A stretch of 64,000 nucleotides of DNA from a virus (IMGVR_UViG_2930438282_000004:1-64000), one strand, 5' to 3'. Positions 37,684 to 47,412 are shown, counted from the stretch's first letter. Numbers and translations are program-made. Notes: a model not told the origin generated them from the sequence alone.

Positions 37684-37864
37684 TCAGTCGTCATCGACAC
37701 CGAGCCGTACCTCAACTTGCTTGATCTTCCCGCTCATCGACAACTCGGCCCGGATCGGATTGTCGAACGGCACGTCGGCTTTCCTCGCGGCCTCGACGAA
37801 CGCGGCCAACTCCTCGAGCGTCATGTCTTTCGCTTCCCCAGTGAAGCGCAGCGCAGCAGGCATG
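37684..37864 (-). CDS. Small hypothetical protein
   Basis: MTLEELAAFVEAARKA... Confidence 0.55.
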
Positions 37865-37926
37865 GACTGAGGATGACGCAAGAGGACCCCGCCGCGCGAG
37901 GGGGGGGTGACGCGCGGCGGGGCCCG

Positions 37927-38511
37927 TCATCGGATGCGGTAGCGGCGGGATGTCTCGCTGCCGTCCTTGACCACTACCCCGGCGAGGCCGAGGAGCTCTG
38001 TTGTTGGCGTTGGTGTTGGCTCCTGACCTGCACCAACGCCGCTCTCAGGAGAAGCTGAACGGGGTAGGGGAGGGGCTGGCAGATCGTCTCTGTGCACGCC
38101 CGGTCCGTTCCCTGCGACAGTACGCACGCCCGATCGGACGGGGATGCCCGCCTCGCCGAGGAGCGCGCGGACAACCTTCGTATCGCCCACACCGAGCTCG
38201 TCGCGCAGCTCGGTCAAGAGCACGGAGCGCCCGGTGCCCGCGACCGCCCACAGGGCTGCGGCGACGTCCGGTGCCGCGCCCGCCGGCTCGTCGTCTTCGT
38301 GGCGGCGCGCCCACCACGCGCGGGTGCGCTGCCATCCGATGGTGCCGATGATGCCAACGAGGACATACGCGATCTCGGGCAGCGCGGCCACGATCCCCCA
38401 CACGGCGAGCGCCCCGACCCCGAACAGGATGATGCGGGCCGCGCGCTGCGCACCGGGGCCCGGCTCCCCCGGATCCTCGGCGGCCTGCTCGGCCAGCGGC
38501 TCGGTGCTCAT
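37927..38511 (-). CDS. Membrane protein
   Basis: Two TM helices, then GIPVRSGVR...GPGVHRDDLP; ATGA-coupled. Confidence 0.65.
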   Translation of the reverse strand: MSTEPLAEQAAEDPGEPGPGAQRAARIILFGVGALAVWGIVAALPEIAYVLVGIIGTIGWQRTRAWWARRHEDDEPAGAAPDVAAALWAVAGTGRSVLLTELRDELGVGDTKVVRALLGEAGIPVRSGVRTVAGNGPGVHRDDLPAPPLPRSASPESGVGAGQEPTPTPTTELLGLAGVVVKDGSETSRRYRIR

Positions 38512-39014
38512 GCGAATACCTGCGTGAAGAGGCTGCCCAGCAGGTTCACCGACGAGCCCAGCGGCACAGCGGCGACGCCGGCCACGTTCCCGGACAGGGC
38601 GACTGCGATCCCGGAGAACGCGCCGAAGAACAGCTTCGCGTTCGACACCCGCGGCGCCCACTTCCACAGGGCCAAGAGCACCGCGGTGAGCAGGAAGACG
38701 ATCACGTACCCGCCCGGGGTGAGGACCAGACGCTGAGCGCGGGTGACGTCGGGTGCGCTGCCGCCCACACCCCACACGAGGGTCCCGTACCCGGCGACGT
38801 TCGCGGCCCACAGATTCACCCAGGTCACGGCCCCGACCACGGACCACGTCCCGAGCGCCGCGAGGGCGGCGAGCATGCCGTAGAGGTGCGACAGGACGAA
38901 CGGGATCAGCGCTGCGGGCTGGCGCTTCTCCTTGAAGATCCAGCGCAGTACGTAGACGAGGACGACGGAGACGCCGAGGGCGACTCCCCCGAGGTTGACG
39001 GCCATGTACGGCAT
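38508..39014 (-). CDS. Multi-pass membrane protein
   Basis: Mostly hydrophobic 168 aa. Confidence 0.7.
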   Translation of the reverse strand: MPYMAVNLGGVALGVSVVLVYVLRWIFKEKRQPAALIPFVLSHLYGMLAALAALGTWSVVGAVTWVNLWAANVAGYGTLVWGVGGSAPDVTRAQRLVLTPGGYVIVFLLTAVLLALWKWAPRVSNAKLFFGAFSGIAVALSGNVAGVAAVPLGSSVNLLGSLFTQVFA

Positions 39015-39016
39015 GG

Positions 39017-39187
39017 TCAGTGGCTCCAGATTGCCGTGACGAACAGGGTGGCGACGGTGATGACGGCGACGGTGCGTACGACGGGCAGCAGGTACTGGCC
39101 GGACGAGTGCCGGGGCGCGACGGCGTGGAGGCCGACCGCGCCAAGGAGAGCGACCAGGGGCCAGACGAGCAGACCGAGGGGCATCAT
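39017..39187 (-). CDS. Small two-TM protein (absent from the ORF track)
   Basis: MMPLGLLVWPLVALLGAVG...TAIWSH; coupled to neighbours. Confidence 0.55.
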   Translation of the reverse strand: MMPLGLLVWPLVALLGAVGLHAVAPRHSSGQYLLPVVRTVAVITVATLFVTAIWSH

Positions 39188-40464
39188 GCGTAGCCACCGC
39201 CGCCCTTGCCGACCTCTTCGTCCTCCTGCTTCCTGCGGGAGAGGACGGTGCGGATGTACGCGGTGTCGACGGCGTGTCCATGCTGCGCGAGAAGATGCGC
39301 GATCTCCGCAGCAGGCGCATCAGGGCGCATCATCGACGATGCGGCAAGGATGAGTGACGCCTTGGAGCCGCCTTCGGGGAGGGGCGGAAGCGACGCGGTC
39401 GGGGCGCTGGCCTCGGGCGCATCCTGGCTCGCATCATCCGCATCAGGCTGCGCATCACTTGATGCGTCGCCCTCGTCATCTGATACGGGGGCGTACTGTG
39501 CGACGAACTCCGCGAGGGAGCCCTCGATCTCGAACCACTCGGAGTTGCCGACGCGGTAGGGCTCGAAGAGCTTGTGGAATCGGCGCTCGATGTCGTGGCT
39601 GCCGTGGAAGGCGCAGAGGAGATTGTCGAAGCGGAGGCAGAGCGCGCTGAGTCGACGCATCAGGTCCCGTGTCGTCCCGATCTTGATTCGGCCGCCGTTG
39701 GCGATGAAGTACACGATGGGACCGTGCATGCCGCGCAGCGATGAGAGATCTTCCACGGGTGTCCCCGCGGGCCCGCGCAGTTCTTTCGCCGAGCGAGTTG
39801 CCGGGAGTTCGTCGTCTGGCTCCGGCGCGAGCTGCCCGCGAGGCGTGGCAGTGAGGGACAGTGCTTCAGCCTCGATCGCTCCTCGGGACCGCATGAGCTG
39901 CCGCTGGACAGGGATGAGTGCCTGCTGCGCGCCGACCTCGGCAAGCTGCTTCTCGACCCACGCTTGGCTGCGGGCGTCGAGGGGCGCCGCGTAGTAGCCC
40001 AGCACGACGGTCCACAGACCCTTCACCAGCCCAGAGACGCTCGCACCGATGAGGCCGATCGCCCGCTCACCATCGAGCCAGCCGTGCGTTGCCACCGCGG
40101 CCATGGCGATAGCGAGGGCCACGTGGCCGGCGATGCGCGGCACCTTGGCTCGGCGCCGGTCGTAGCGGGCAAGCCACTCGACGGCCATGCACATGATCCA
40201 TGCGAGGTCGAAGGCGACGGCGGCCGCGTACGCGGCGGGGGCGATGGTGACGCGGTCGAGGAGTCCGCCGATGTTGGTGGTGGACCAGACGACGGTGACG
40301 GCGACGAGTAGCCCGGCGAGGAATGTGACGGCGACTAGGACGATGTGGTCCCAGTCGCGGGGTGGGATGGGGACGACCTCGTCGTACTCCTCGTCGACGA
40401 TGTGGGTGATGCCGTCGATGGTGTGCGGCACCCTGCGGGATCGGCGGACGGTGCGGGTCTTCAT
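39184..40464 (-). CDS. Four-TM SpdB/DUF2637-like membrane protein fused to a GIY-YIG (T5orf172-like) domain
   Basis: AVAFDLAWI TM region; VYFIANGGRIKIGTTRDLMRRL...ERRFHKLF...SEWFE. Confidence 0.75.
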   Translation of the reverse strand: MKTRTVRRSRRVPHTIDGITHIVDEEYDEVVPIPPRDWDHIVLVAVTFLAGLLVAVTVVWSTTNIGGLLDRVTIAPAAYAAAVAFDLAWIMCMAVEWLARYDRRRAKVPRIAGHVALAIAMAAVATHGWLDGERAIGLIGASVSGLVKGLWTVVLGYYAAPLDARSQAWVEKQLAEVGAQQALIPVQRQLMRSRGAIEAEALSLTATPRGQLAPEPDDELPATRSAKELRGPAGTPVEDLSSLRGMHGPIVYFIANGGRIKIGTTRDLMRRLSALCLRFDNLLCAFHGSHDIERRFHKLFEPYRVGNSEWFEIEGSLAEFVAQYAPVSDDEGDASSDAQPDADDASQDAPEASAPTASLPPLPEGGSKASLILAASSMMRPDAPAAEIAHLLAQHGHAVDTAYIRTVLSRRKQEDEEVGKGGGGYA

Positions 40465-40672
40465 CGGATCATCCAGGCGTAGGCGGCGAGCGGGACGGGG
40501 ACGAGGAACGGGCCGGGCTGCGTGGTCATGACGGAGAGCACCGCGACCCAGGTGAACCCCCAGCGGGCCAGGGGTGATTGCAAGCGGCGGCGTATGGGGG
40601 CTCCAGGGGTTCATGAGATGGGCTGGCCCCCGCGGGGGGAGTCGTCGCGGGGGCCGGCGGTCTGGGGTTGGG

Positions 40673-40879
40673 TCACCAACGGAGGCCGCGGCGGCGGTCC
40701 TCCCACCGCTGGCCTTCGCGGTCGGCCTTAGCGGCTTGCCGGTGGTGGTTGCGGCGCTGGTCTTCGCGGCGCTTGCGTTCGACGCGTGCAGCGCGATCTG
40801 TGGCGGACTCGCGTCCGGCGTAACGGGTCTGGGCGAGCTGGCGGTCGTTGCTGCCACCGAGCCAGGAGAGGAAGCCCAT
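40673..40879 (-). CDS. Small basic hypothetical protein
   Basis: YAGRESATDRAAR; TGATG coupling. Confidence 0.6.
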   Translation of the reverse strand: MGFLSWLGGSNDRQLAQTRYAGRESATDRAARVERKRREDQRRNHHRQAAKADREGQRWEDRRRGLRW

Positions 40880-41058
40880 CAGTGGTCGCCTCCGGGCTCC
40901 ATGCCGTGGACGCGGTCCTCGCCGGTGAGCTTCGCGCGGCGGGCCTGCGCGTGGGCGTAGTCGACGGCGGCGCGTTCCAGGAGCTGGTCTGCGGTGGCGT
41001 TCGTGTCTTCTGAGATGGGGGTGGGCTGCGGTAAGGGCTGATCGGTACGCTCAGGCAT
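40879..41058 (-). CDS. Small hypothetical protein
   Basis: GAAAGG RBS before MPERTDQ. Confidence 0.55.
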   Translation of the reverse strand: MPERTDQPLPQPTPISEDTNATADQLLERAAVDYAHAQARRAKLTGEDRVHGMEPGGDH

Positions 41059-41094
41059 CAAGGCCTGCCTTTTCGTGATGGTTGAGGTGGGCCT

Positions 41095-41132
41095 GGCCCC
41101 GTCCCGGAGCGCCAACTCAGCGGGACGGGGCC
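41095..41132 (-). other. Leader hairpin upstream of the membrane-gene operon
   Basis: GGCCCCGTCCCG...CGGGACGGGGCC, 12 bp perfect stem. Confidence 0.6.
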
Positions 41133-41167
41133 GTTTTGCTCAGTAGCGCGGTGCCACTTCCAGCACT

Positions 41168-41184
41168 GTAGGGGAACCCCCTAC
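41168..41184. promoter_or_regulatory. Palindromic operator candidate
   Basis: GTAGGGG-AAC-CCCCTAC just before the HTH gene. Confidence 0.5.
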
Positions 41185-41186
41185 GC

Positions 41187-41519
41187 TTGGCCAGCGGCCC
41201 GCCCGAACAGAAGGGGCCGGGTGTGACCGAGGAGGCGCAGCGGGTGTTCGATGCCATCGAGGCGCTCAAGCACATCGCCGACCCGACCCAGAGGGCGCGT
41301 GCCCTTGGCGAGGTGCTGAAGGCGCTGCCGGTGCAGAACAAGGCGCTGAAGGAGGCCCGGCAGGAAGCAGTGAAGGAACTGTTGGAGCGTCCAGGTGCCT
41401 CGCTGCGGAGCGTCGGAGCCGAGCTGGGCATCAACTTCAGCACGGTGCAGGACATCGTGAAGGGCTATTCCGGCTCGGGGAAGAACCGGCCCAAGACGCA
41501 AGGGGCGTCGGATGGATGA
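41187..41519 (+). CDS. HTH DNA-binding protein
   Basis: GASLRSVGAELGINFSTVQDIVKG. Confidence 0.75.
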   Translation: MASGPPEQKGPGVTEEAQRVFDAIEALKHIADPTQRARALGEVLKALPVQNKALKEARQEAVKELLERPGASLRSVGAELGINFSTVQDIVKGYSGSGKNRPKTQGASDG

Positions 41520-41871
41520 GCTCGTGCAGTGGCTCGGCAAGCAACTCGACGCCGAGGCGGCGCACAGCCGACAGGTGGCCGACAAGTACGGGGCCGAGTG
41601 GGAAGCGGCCAGGGACTGGGTAAGCAGCGACACGGGCACCGACGTGATCGACGAGGCTGGGGCGCCGGTCGAATTCATCGCCGCCCACGACCCAGCCCGA
41701 GTGCTGCGCGAGATCGACACCAAGCGGCAGCTCATGGAAGGGCACGAGCCCGACGAATGCGTACCCCCATGCTGTACCGGGTGCGTAGACGACCACCCGT
41801 GCCGACACCTGCGCCTCTTGGCCCTGCCCTACGCGGACCGGCCCGGCTACCGCGAGGATTGGCGGCCGTAA
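41512..41871 (+). CDS. DUF6221-family protein
   Basis: HDPARVLREIDTKR, LRLLALPYADRPGYREDWRP. Confidence 0.85.
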   Translation: MDELVQWLGKQLDAEAAHSRQVADKYGAEWEAARDWVSSDTGTDVIDEAGAPVEFIAAHDPARVLREIDTKRQLMEGHEPDECVPPCCTGCVDDHPCRHLRLLALPYADRPGYREDWRP

Positions 41872-41950
41872 CCGTTCGCGCCCTGCCTGGACGTGTCGAG
41901 GCAGGGCGTCATTATGGGCAACCGAACGCCGAGTGAGAAATGAGGCTATC

Positions 41951-42112
41951 GTGAATTACGGCAGCTTTTCTTTTGGAGTTCTGATGGGGCTGATATGCGC
42001 TTTGGTTATTATGGACCTTTGTGGGCGTCAAAAAAAGCCGCCTCGCCCGCGGGTCCTAATTGCCGCATCCATTGCTTCGCTCGTGACATTCATTGTCAAT
42101 ATTTATACTTAG
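41951..42112 (+). CDS. AT-rich small two-TM protein (absent from the ORF track)
   Basis: VNYGSFSFGVLMGLICALVIMDL...VLIAASIASLVTFIVNIYT*; GAGG RBS. Confidence 0.5.
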   Translation: MNYGSFSFGVLMGLICALVIMDLCGRQKKPPRPRVLIAASIASLVTFIVNIYT

Positions 42113-42283
42113 TGTCGTCCTGTCCAGCTCAACCGTGCTCAACCTCCACGCGATCAGGAATCTGACGGGCCTCAACGGTCCCGGGCGCCATGTTCATCCC
42201 CGGATCTGGCCTCAGTTGGATGCCATAAACTACGGAATTAAAGGAGCGTGTGTCCGTCGGATAGGCTTTATCGTCGGACAGGC

Positions 42284-42508
42284 ATGTTTGATATGGAGAT
42301 TATTTACTCGATCCTTGTCGCGATGCCGTTTGTTCTTCTCGGGGCTGCGATCGTTACCAATTTTCGGGGACTCGGAGGATTCTTTTCGAGCGGACGCGAG
42401 GAGGGTGCAAGAGGTCGAAATCAGATGATCCTTGCGCTTGGCTGGTTTTTCATTGTTATGCCCGTGTATCCGGTGATGTATGAAGTGGTCCACGCTCTTT
42501 TTTATTAA
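42284..42508 (+). CDS. AT-rich small two-TM protein
   Basis: IIYSILVAMPFVLLGAAIV...MILALGWFFIVMP. Confidence 0.55.
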   Translation: MFDMEIIYSILVAMPFVLLGAAIVTNFRGLGGFFSSGREEGARGRNQMILALGWFFIVMPVYPVMYEVVHALFY

Positions 42509-42634
42509 TGGATATATTTTCACAGGCGGCTACGTCTCGCGCAGGGCCACGCCGGGACAAGGTGGATCCCTGGACCATCGAACGCGCCATGGCCTGGCCG
42601 CCAGTTGCAGTCGCCTGATTCGCACTTTGAATGG

Positions 42635-43162
42635 ATGCCCCTAGAAATGCTACTCGATCCAGAGGTGAAGAGTGATGCGGAGCGACTTCGATGGGAGTTC
42701 GTTCCGCTTGTAAGCGTTGGGCCGCTGCACTTTGGCATGCCGCGAGATCAGGTGATCGACGCCCTCTCTGCCGGCAAGCCCACATACAGCAAAGTCCCTG
42801 TCGCCGGTGGATTCGATTTCTTCTACGAGGCCGGCCTAACTGTCTATTACGGCGCTCAGGGTGAATTGGCCTGCGTGGCGGTCGACCCTTTCCAGGGTCC
42901 TCTTGTCTCTATCGGCGGTTTCCAGCTTACCCATCGTCTCCCCTCAGAAGTTAAGGCATGGATGAAGCGAGGGGAAGCATGGGAGTTTCGCTTGAATCAA
43001 CGATGTGAACCATCGTTCGAAGAGGTTGGATTGGTGATTCGTGGAAAGCAGGGAGGAGACTTGATTCGCAGTGGCCCAGTCTTTGTATCGCGCGGATGGG
43101 CTGCAGGCTTCGCTGACGGCCCGGAATTCCTGACGTATGGGCGCCACCAGGAGCCCTGCTAA
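42635..43162 (+). CDS. Hypothetical protein, immunity-protein-like
   Basis: WEFVPLVSVGPLHFGM motif; atypical codon use. Confidence 0.55.
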   Translation: MPLEMLLDPEVKSDAERLRWEFVPLVSVGPLHFGMPRDQVIDALSAGKPTYSKVPVAGGFDFFYEAGLTVYYGAQGELACVAVDPFQGPLVSIGGFQLTHRLPSEVKAWMKRGEAWEFRLNQRCEPSFEEVGLVIRGKQGGDLIRSGPVFVSRGWAAGFADGPEFLTYGRHQEPC

Positions 43163-43414
43163 AGGGAGTACTTGGAACGACTCACCGGTAGTTTCGTAGC
43201 GCTGACGTTGTGCCTGGAGGTTCCCGCGCAGCAACGCGGGGTGGTGCCCGCACCGACGCCCCGTCTCGATTGAGGCGGGGCGTCCCTCGTTGCAGCAGCT
43301 GTGGGCCCAGCAGGGGCGACGAGCAGCGGGATCGTGCTATGCCCGCCGGTCTACCGCACGACGCCGGTGATCGATGCCGGGCGTTGTCGCACCTCGCGCG
43401 TAAGGTCGCTGCGC

Positions 43415-43687
43415 GTGGCACACACCTTTGACGAACTCGTGGAGAAACAGCGCGCCTCCGACCGGGCGCAGGAACAGGTCGAACAGCTCCGGGACGCCTA
43501 CGGGCCGCCGACCGCGGAGCCATGGAGCGAGCAGCAGACCGAGACGTACGAGACCGCATGGCGCGCCTGGCGTGACCTTGCGCGAGACGTGCAGGCGGCG
43601 ATCACCGAGTTCGCCACGGATGAGGGTCAGGCCCGGAACGATGTCGAGGCGGATGTGAAGAAGCAGGCCCGGCACCCGGAGTCCTGA
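43415..43687 (+). CDS. Hypothetical protein
   Basis: VAHTFDELVEKQRA...AWRAWRDLARDVQAA. Confidence 0.65.
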   Translation: MAHTFDELVEKQRASDRAQEQVEQLRDAYGPPTAEPWSEQQTETYETAWRAWRDLARDVQAAITEFATDEGQARNDVEADVKKQARHPES

Positions 43688-43688
43688 T

Positions 43689-43901
43689 CTACGCGGCGGG
43701 GCTGGCCGCGGGCTTCGGCCAGGTGGCCAGCTCCTCGTCCGTCTCGGTGTCGACGAGGGTGATCCGCGCACCATCGCGCCCGTAGTCGCCGACTGTTGCC
43801 GAGAACTTCTTGCGGCCCGTGGCCTCGCGCCCCCACCAGCCGTCCATCACCCGGCGGTCGTCGAGAAACAGGGTGAGGCGGTAGCGGCCGGCGTCATCCA
43901 T
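43689..43901 (-). CDS. Hypothetical protein
   Basis: YRLTLFLDDRRVMDGWW...LATWP. Confidence 0.6.
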   Translation of the reverse strand: MDDAGRYRLTLFLDDRRVMDGWWGREATGRKKFSATVGDYGRDGARITLVDTETDEELATWPKPAASPAA

Positions 43902-44163
43902 GAACGGCACCCGTTCTGCCGAGCACGGTCGGCGCGGCCAGTTCGGACAGTACGCCCGGTGTGTGGCGTCGGCAGAGACCGACCCACCGGGGGTCGGCGG
44001 TTGTGCCGACCACCCAGGTGCTCAGGCAGGTGTCGCCACAGATCGCGCATCCGGTCAGGAGCGCGAGGTGGTCCCGCATCTCCTTCCATGAAGGGGAGGG
44101 CGGCGCGGGGTCGAGCGGGTCGGTGTCGACGCCGTGGTGCTGGAGCAGCTCGTCCACGTCCAT
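43894..44163 (-). CDS. Small zinc-finger-like protein
   Basis: CAICG...RWVGLCRRH; GGAGG RBS. Confidence 0.6.
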   Translation of the reverse strand: MDVDELLQHHGVDTDPLDPAPPSPSWKEMRDHLALLTGCAICGDTCLSTWVVGTTADPRWVGLCRRHTPGVLSELAAPTVLGRTGAVHG

Positions 44164-44215
44164 GGCGTCCTCCGTCCTGTGGCCGAGGTGGCAGGGCCCA
44201 CCCTACGCCGTAATA

Positions 44216-44231
44216 TCGAACAGGTGAACGA
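44216..44231 (+). promoter_or_regulatory. LexA (SOS) box candidate
   Basis: TCGAAC-AGGT-GAACGA fits actinobacterial TCGAAC-N4-GNNCGA; TAATAT -10 overlaps its left edge. Confidence 0.6.
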
Positions 44232-44571
44232 CCCGTCCAAGCTCGACCTCCTCCACTTCGCCCGCCGAGTGGTGTTCCAGCAGGCCACAGCAGCACTCGC
44301 ACAGATCGACACGTGGATCGCACAGGAGGAAGAACGCGAGTCGCGGCAACGGCAAGCCGACGAGATGCGGCCGGCTCCACCCGAGTGGGCAGTCGAGCGC
44401 GGCCTGCAGAAGACGAACCTGGTCGCCGTGCACACGGGCGACTGCTGGACCGTGCGGAAGAGCAGCCGGTGCGTCGGAGTGTCGCGAGCTCAGGCGATCG
44501 ACGCGCTACGACGCCAGGTGCCGGCGTGCACGCACTGCCGGCCGGATACAGCGCTGGGAGTCCTCGATTGA
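44224..44571 (+). CDS. DUF6233-family protein
   Basis: VHTGDCW...ACTHCRPDTALGVLD. Confidence 0.85.
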   Translation: MNDPSKLDLLHFARRVVFQQATAALAQIDTWIAQEEERESRQRQADEMRPAPPEWAVERGLQKTNLVAVHTGDCWTVRKSSRCVGVSRAQAIDALRRQVPACTHCRPDTALGVLD

Positions 44572-45221
44572 AGGTGCCGCCATCCTGACGCGCCCCCCGT
44601 GTGGTGCAGTACGGGGGGCGCTGCCTTGCGCTGCAGCCAGCAGCCGGGGCAGCTTCGAAGAACCGCGGCCAGGCTTACAGCGCAACTTTCATTTCTCGGC
44701 GCAGGCCAGTGAGCCCGCTACGGCGGCTCCCCGGGTCAGCAAGGCAGACCTGATAGCCAGCTAGCCAGCCGACCTGGGGGCGCCTTCCGCTTGTACAAGC
44801 GTCACGCTGCCGCGGTGCGGACGCATCTCGAACGCGCGAGCGCGCCGCCCACTCCATGTGGTGCTGCGTCCGGAGGAGTGGCGGCGCGCTCTGCCGCGAC
44901 TTCCACGGTGCCTGGCCTGGAAGACACCATGCCGCGTGGGGTCGACCCGATCCTGACCGGCTGGTTTCGGGAGCGTCAACCAGAGCAGCCATGCGTGGCG
45001 CGGAACTTGGGGGGCGAATCCGGTGCAGGCGGACAAGGCTGGAGCTGGTGACAGCAGTGCCCTACCTGGCACTCCGACCTGACCGTCCAAAGGGGCCTCG
45101 GAATCCTGCGCTCCATCTTGGTGACTTACGATGAGGCCGATGGGCAAGGGCGCCGATCATTCAGCGCCTTCCCGCACCAGACTGTGCGGAACGGCTTGGT
45201 GCTCCACGGTGCAGGACGAAA

Positions 45222-46199
45222 GTGGCAACGATATTCGACGGCAGTCGGCTGCCGGAGAAGGACCGTATGGAGGGATTCCGATCGGTTTTTGTCCGGGAGA
45301 CCACGCCCCACCACACCGTCTTCCTGCGCCCGCGCACCGGTCCCGTCAACGCCAAGGTCGATCTCTGGCGGCTCAACGACGACGTCCAAGTAATGCGGCT
45401 GAACAACACCGGTGTGATGCACCGGCGTTCGGAGCAAGCGCTGCACGCGACGGGCCCCGAACGTGTCGCCTTCGTGGTGCATGACGGCAGCCCCGGTCGG
45501 TACGAACACGCGGGACACGCTCGGACGCTGAGCCGAGGAACCCTATATCTGACTGATCTCAACGCGGCCTTCACCTACTCCCGGTCCGGCGAAGGCGCGG
45601 CGATCATCGCACAGATCGAGCGGGACCGGCTGGGCGTCTCCATTGAGCAGGTCTACCGGGCGGACAGCCGGTTGTCTGCAAGTCCCTTCTACGATCTGGT
45701 ACGCAGGCACATCGCGGGAACGCCGGGGAGCGCGGCGGCGATGGGGGAGAGGGAGCGCACGCTGCTAGCCGGGATCACGGCTCAGCTGATGCGGGCGCTC
45801 ATCGTGACCTCGGCTGATCCTGAAAGTGCCGCCGGACGTGAGGCGCTGCAGGATCACTTGGTGGACCGCATCCGGTCGTATATCGCCCTGCATTTCCGCG
45901 ATCCCGGGCTCACCGCCGACCGCATCGCCTATGAGCACGCGATCTCCGTCCGTCATCTGTTCCGCCTGTGGACTGGCCAGGGCGCCTCATTGGGCGAGAC
46001 GATCATGGCGACCCGGCTGGAGGCGGCCCGGCAAGAGCTCGTCGCGCACCCGGCGGTTCCGGTCGGGCACATCGCCCACCGGTGCGGTTTTGTCAGTGTG
46101 TCGCACTTCAGCCGCCGTTTCCGCGCGGCGTTCGCCTGCTCCCCCACCCAGTGGAGGGTCGAGTCCGCCGGGAGCCCCGCCTCTTCACCCGGGGCGTGA
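45222..46199 (+). CDS. AraC-family transcriptional regulator
   Basis: DPGLTADRIA...ISVRHLFRL...IAHRCGFVSVSHFSRRFRAAF. Confidence 0.92.
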   Translation: MATIFDGSRLPEKDRMEGFRSVFVRETTPHHTVFLRPRTGPVNAKVDLWRLNDDVQVMRLNNTGVMHRRSEQALHATGPERVAFVVHDGSPGRYEHAGHARTLSRGTLYLTDLNAAFTYSRSGEGAAIIAQIERDRLGVSIEQVYRADSRLSASPFYDLVRRHIAGTPGSAAAMGERERTLLAGITAQLMRALIVTSADPESAAGREALQDHLVDRIRSYIALHFRDPGLTADRIAYEHAISVRHLFRLWTGQGASLGETIMATRLEAARQELVAHPAVPVGHIAHRCGFVSVSHFSRRFRAAFACSPTQWRVESAGSPASSPGA

Positions 46200-46207
46200 A
46201 GACACCG

Positions 46208-46412
46208 GCGGGGGGGGGGGGGGGGGGCCCCCCCCCGGGGGGGGCCCCCCCCCCCCCCCCCCCCCCCGGCCCCCCCCCCCCCCGGCCCCGCCCCCCCCCC
46301 CCCCCCCGGGTGGGGGGGGGCGGCGCCGGGGGGCCCCCCGCCAGGCCCGGGGGGGGGTCCCCCCGGGGGGGGGGCGGGGGCTCCAACCCCGCGTGGTGGC
46401 CCCGGCCCCCGG
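46208..46412. repeat. Poly-G/poly-C low-complexity tract, probable sequencing or assembly artefact
   Basis: About 200 bp nearly free of A/T with very long homopolymers. Confidence 0.7.
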
Positions 46413-46431
46413 CCCTCGCCCGGGAGAAAGA

Positions 46432-47412
46432 TCAGTCCTGACGCGGCGCGCTCAGCGCGGCCCGCAGGGTGTGTCCGGCCAGATCCATGGCTGCCTTCGC
46501 GGCATGGGTGTCCCGGAGCGCGTCGAGCATCACGAAGTCGTGGATGATGCCCTGGAAGCGCACGGCGGTGACGGCCACGCCGGCCAACCGCAGCTTGTTG
46601 GCGTACGCCTCGCCCTCGTCCCGCAGTACGTCGGCCTCACCCGTGATGACCAGGGCCGGAGGCAGTCCCTTGAGCTGCTCGAGGCTAGCGCGCAGCGGCG
46701 AGGCGGTCGCCTCGGCCCGCTGGGCCTCGTCGGTGGTGTACTGGTCCCAGAACCACTGCATCCCGTCGCGGCGCAGGAAGTAGCCCTCAGCGAACTGGTG
46801 GTAGGAGCCGGTGTCGAAGCCGGCGTCGGTCACCGGGTAGAAAAGGACCTGCTGGACCAGCGGGACGTCGCCGAACTCCTTGGCCATGAGCGTGAGGACG
46901 GCGGCCATGTTGCCGCCGACGGAGTCGCCGGCGACCGCGATGCGCGTGGGGTCCAGGCCCTTGCCCGCGCCGTCGGTGACGATCCATCGGGCCACGGTGT
47001 AGTTCTGCTCGATAGCCACCGGGTAGCGGGCCTCCGGGGAGAGGTCGTACTCGGGGAAGACGACCGCGGCGCCGGCACGGACGGCCAGCTCGCGCACCAA
47101 CCGGTCGTGGGTGTGTGCATTGCCGAACACCCAACCGGCACCGTGGATATAGAGGAGCACGGGAAGGACGCCGGCGACGCCCTTCGGACGTATCACGCGG
47201 ACCCGGACCGAGCCGGTCGGGCCACCCTCCACGGTGATCCATTCCTCGTCGACGGCGGGCCTGGGGACGTCCCCGGACTGCACCTCGTTCACCGCCTTGC
47301 GACCCTCCTCGGGAGGCAGCTCGAAGAGAAACGGCCGCTGATCGGTGGCCCTTGCGAAATCGGCGGCCGCGGGTTCCAGAACCGTCGCCTTCGGGGTGTT
47401 GTCGATGGACAT
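46432..47412 (-). CDS. Alpha/beta hydrolase (HSL-family esterase)
   Basis: HGAGWV, GDSVGG nucleophile motif, DVLRDEG, IHDF. Confidence 0.93.
   Translation of the reverse strand: MSIDNTPKATVLEPAAADFARATDQRPFLFELPPEEGRKAVNEVQSGDVPRPAVDEEWITVEGGPTGSVRVRVIRPKGVAGVLPVLLYIHGAGWVFGNAHTHDRLVRELAVRAGAAVVFPEYDLSPEARYPVAIEQNYTVARWIVTDGAGKGLDPTRIAVAGDSVGGNMAAVLTLMAKEFGDVPLVQQVLFYPVTDAGFDTGSYHQFAEGYFLRRDGMQWFWDQYTTDEAQRAEATASPLRASLEQLKGLPPALVITGEADVLRDEGEAYANKLRLAGVAVTAVRFQGIIHDFVMLDALRDTHAAKAAMDLAGHTLRAALSAPRQD

Noticed and set aside
46208-46412. Poly-G/poly-C tract and the Pro/Gly-rich ORFs crossing it (45826-47436, 45968-46441, 46108-46386)
   Set aside because: Near-total loss of A/T with long homopolymers suggests low-quality base calls; not treated as biology until raw reads confirm it.
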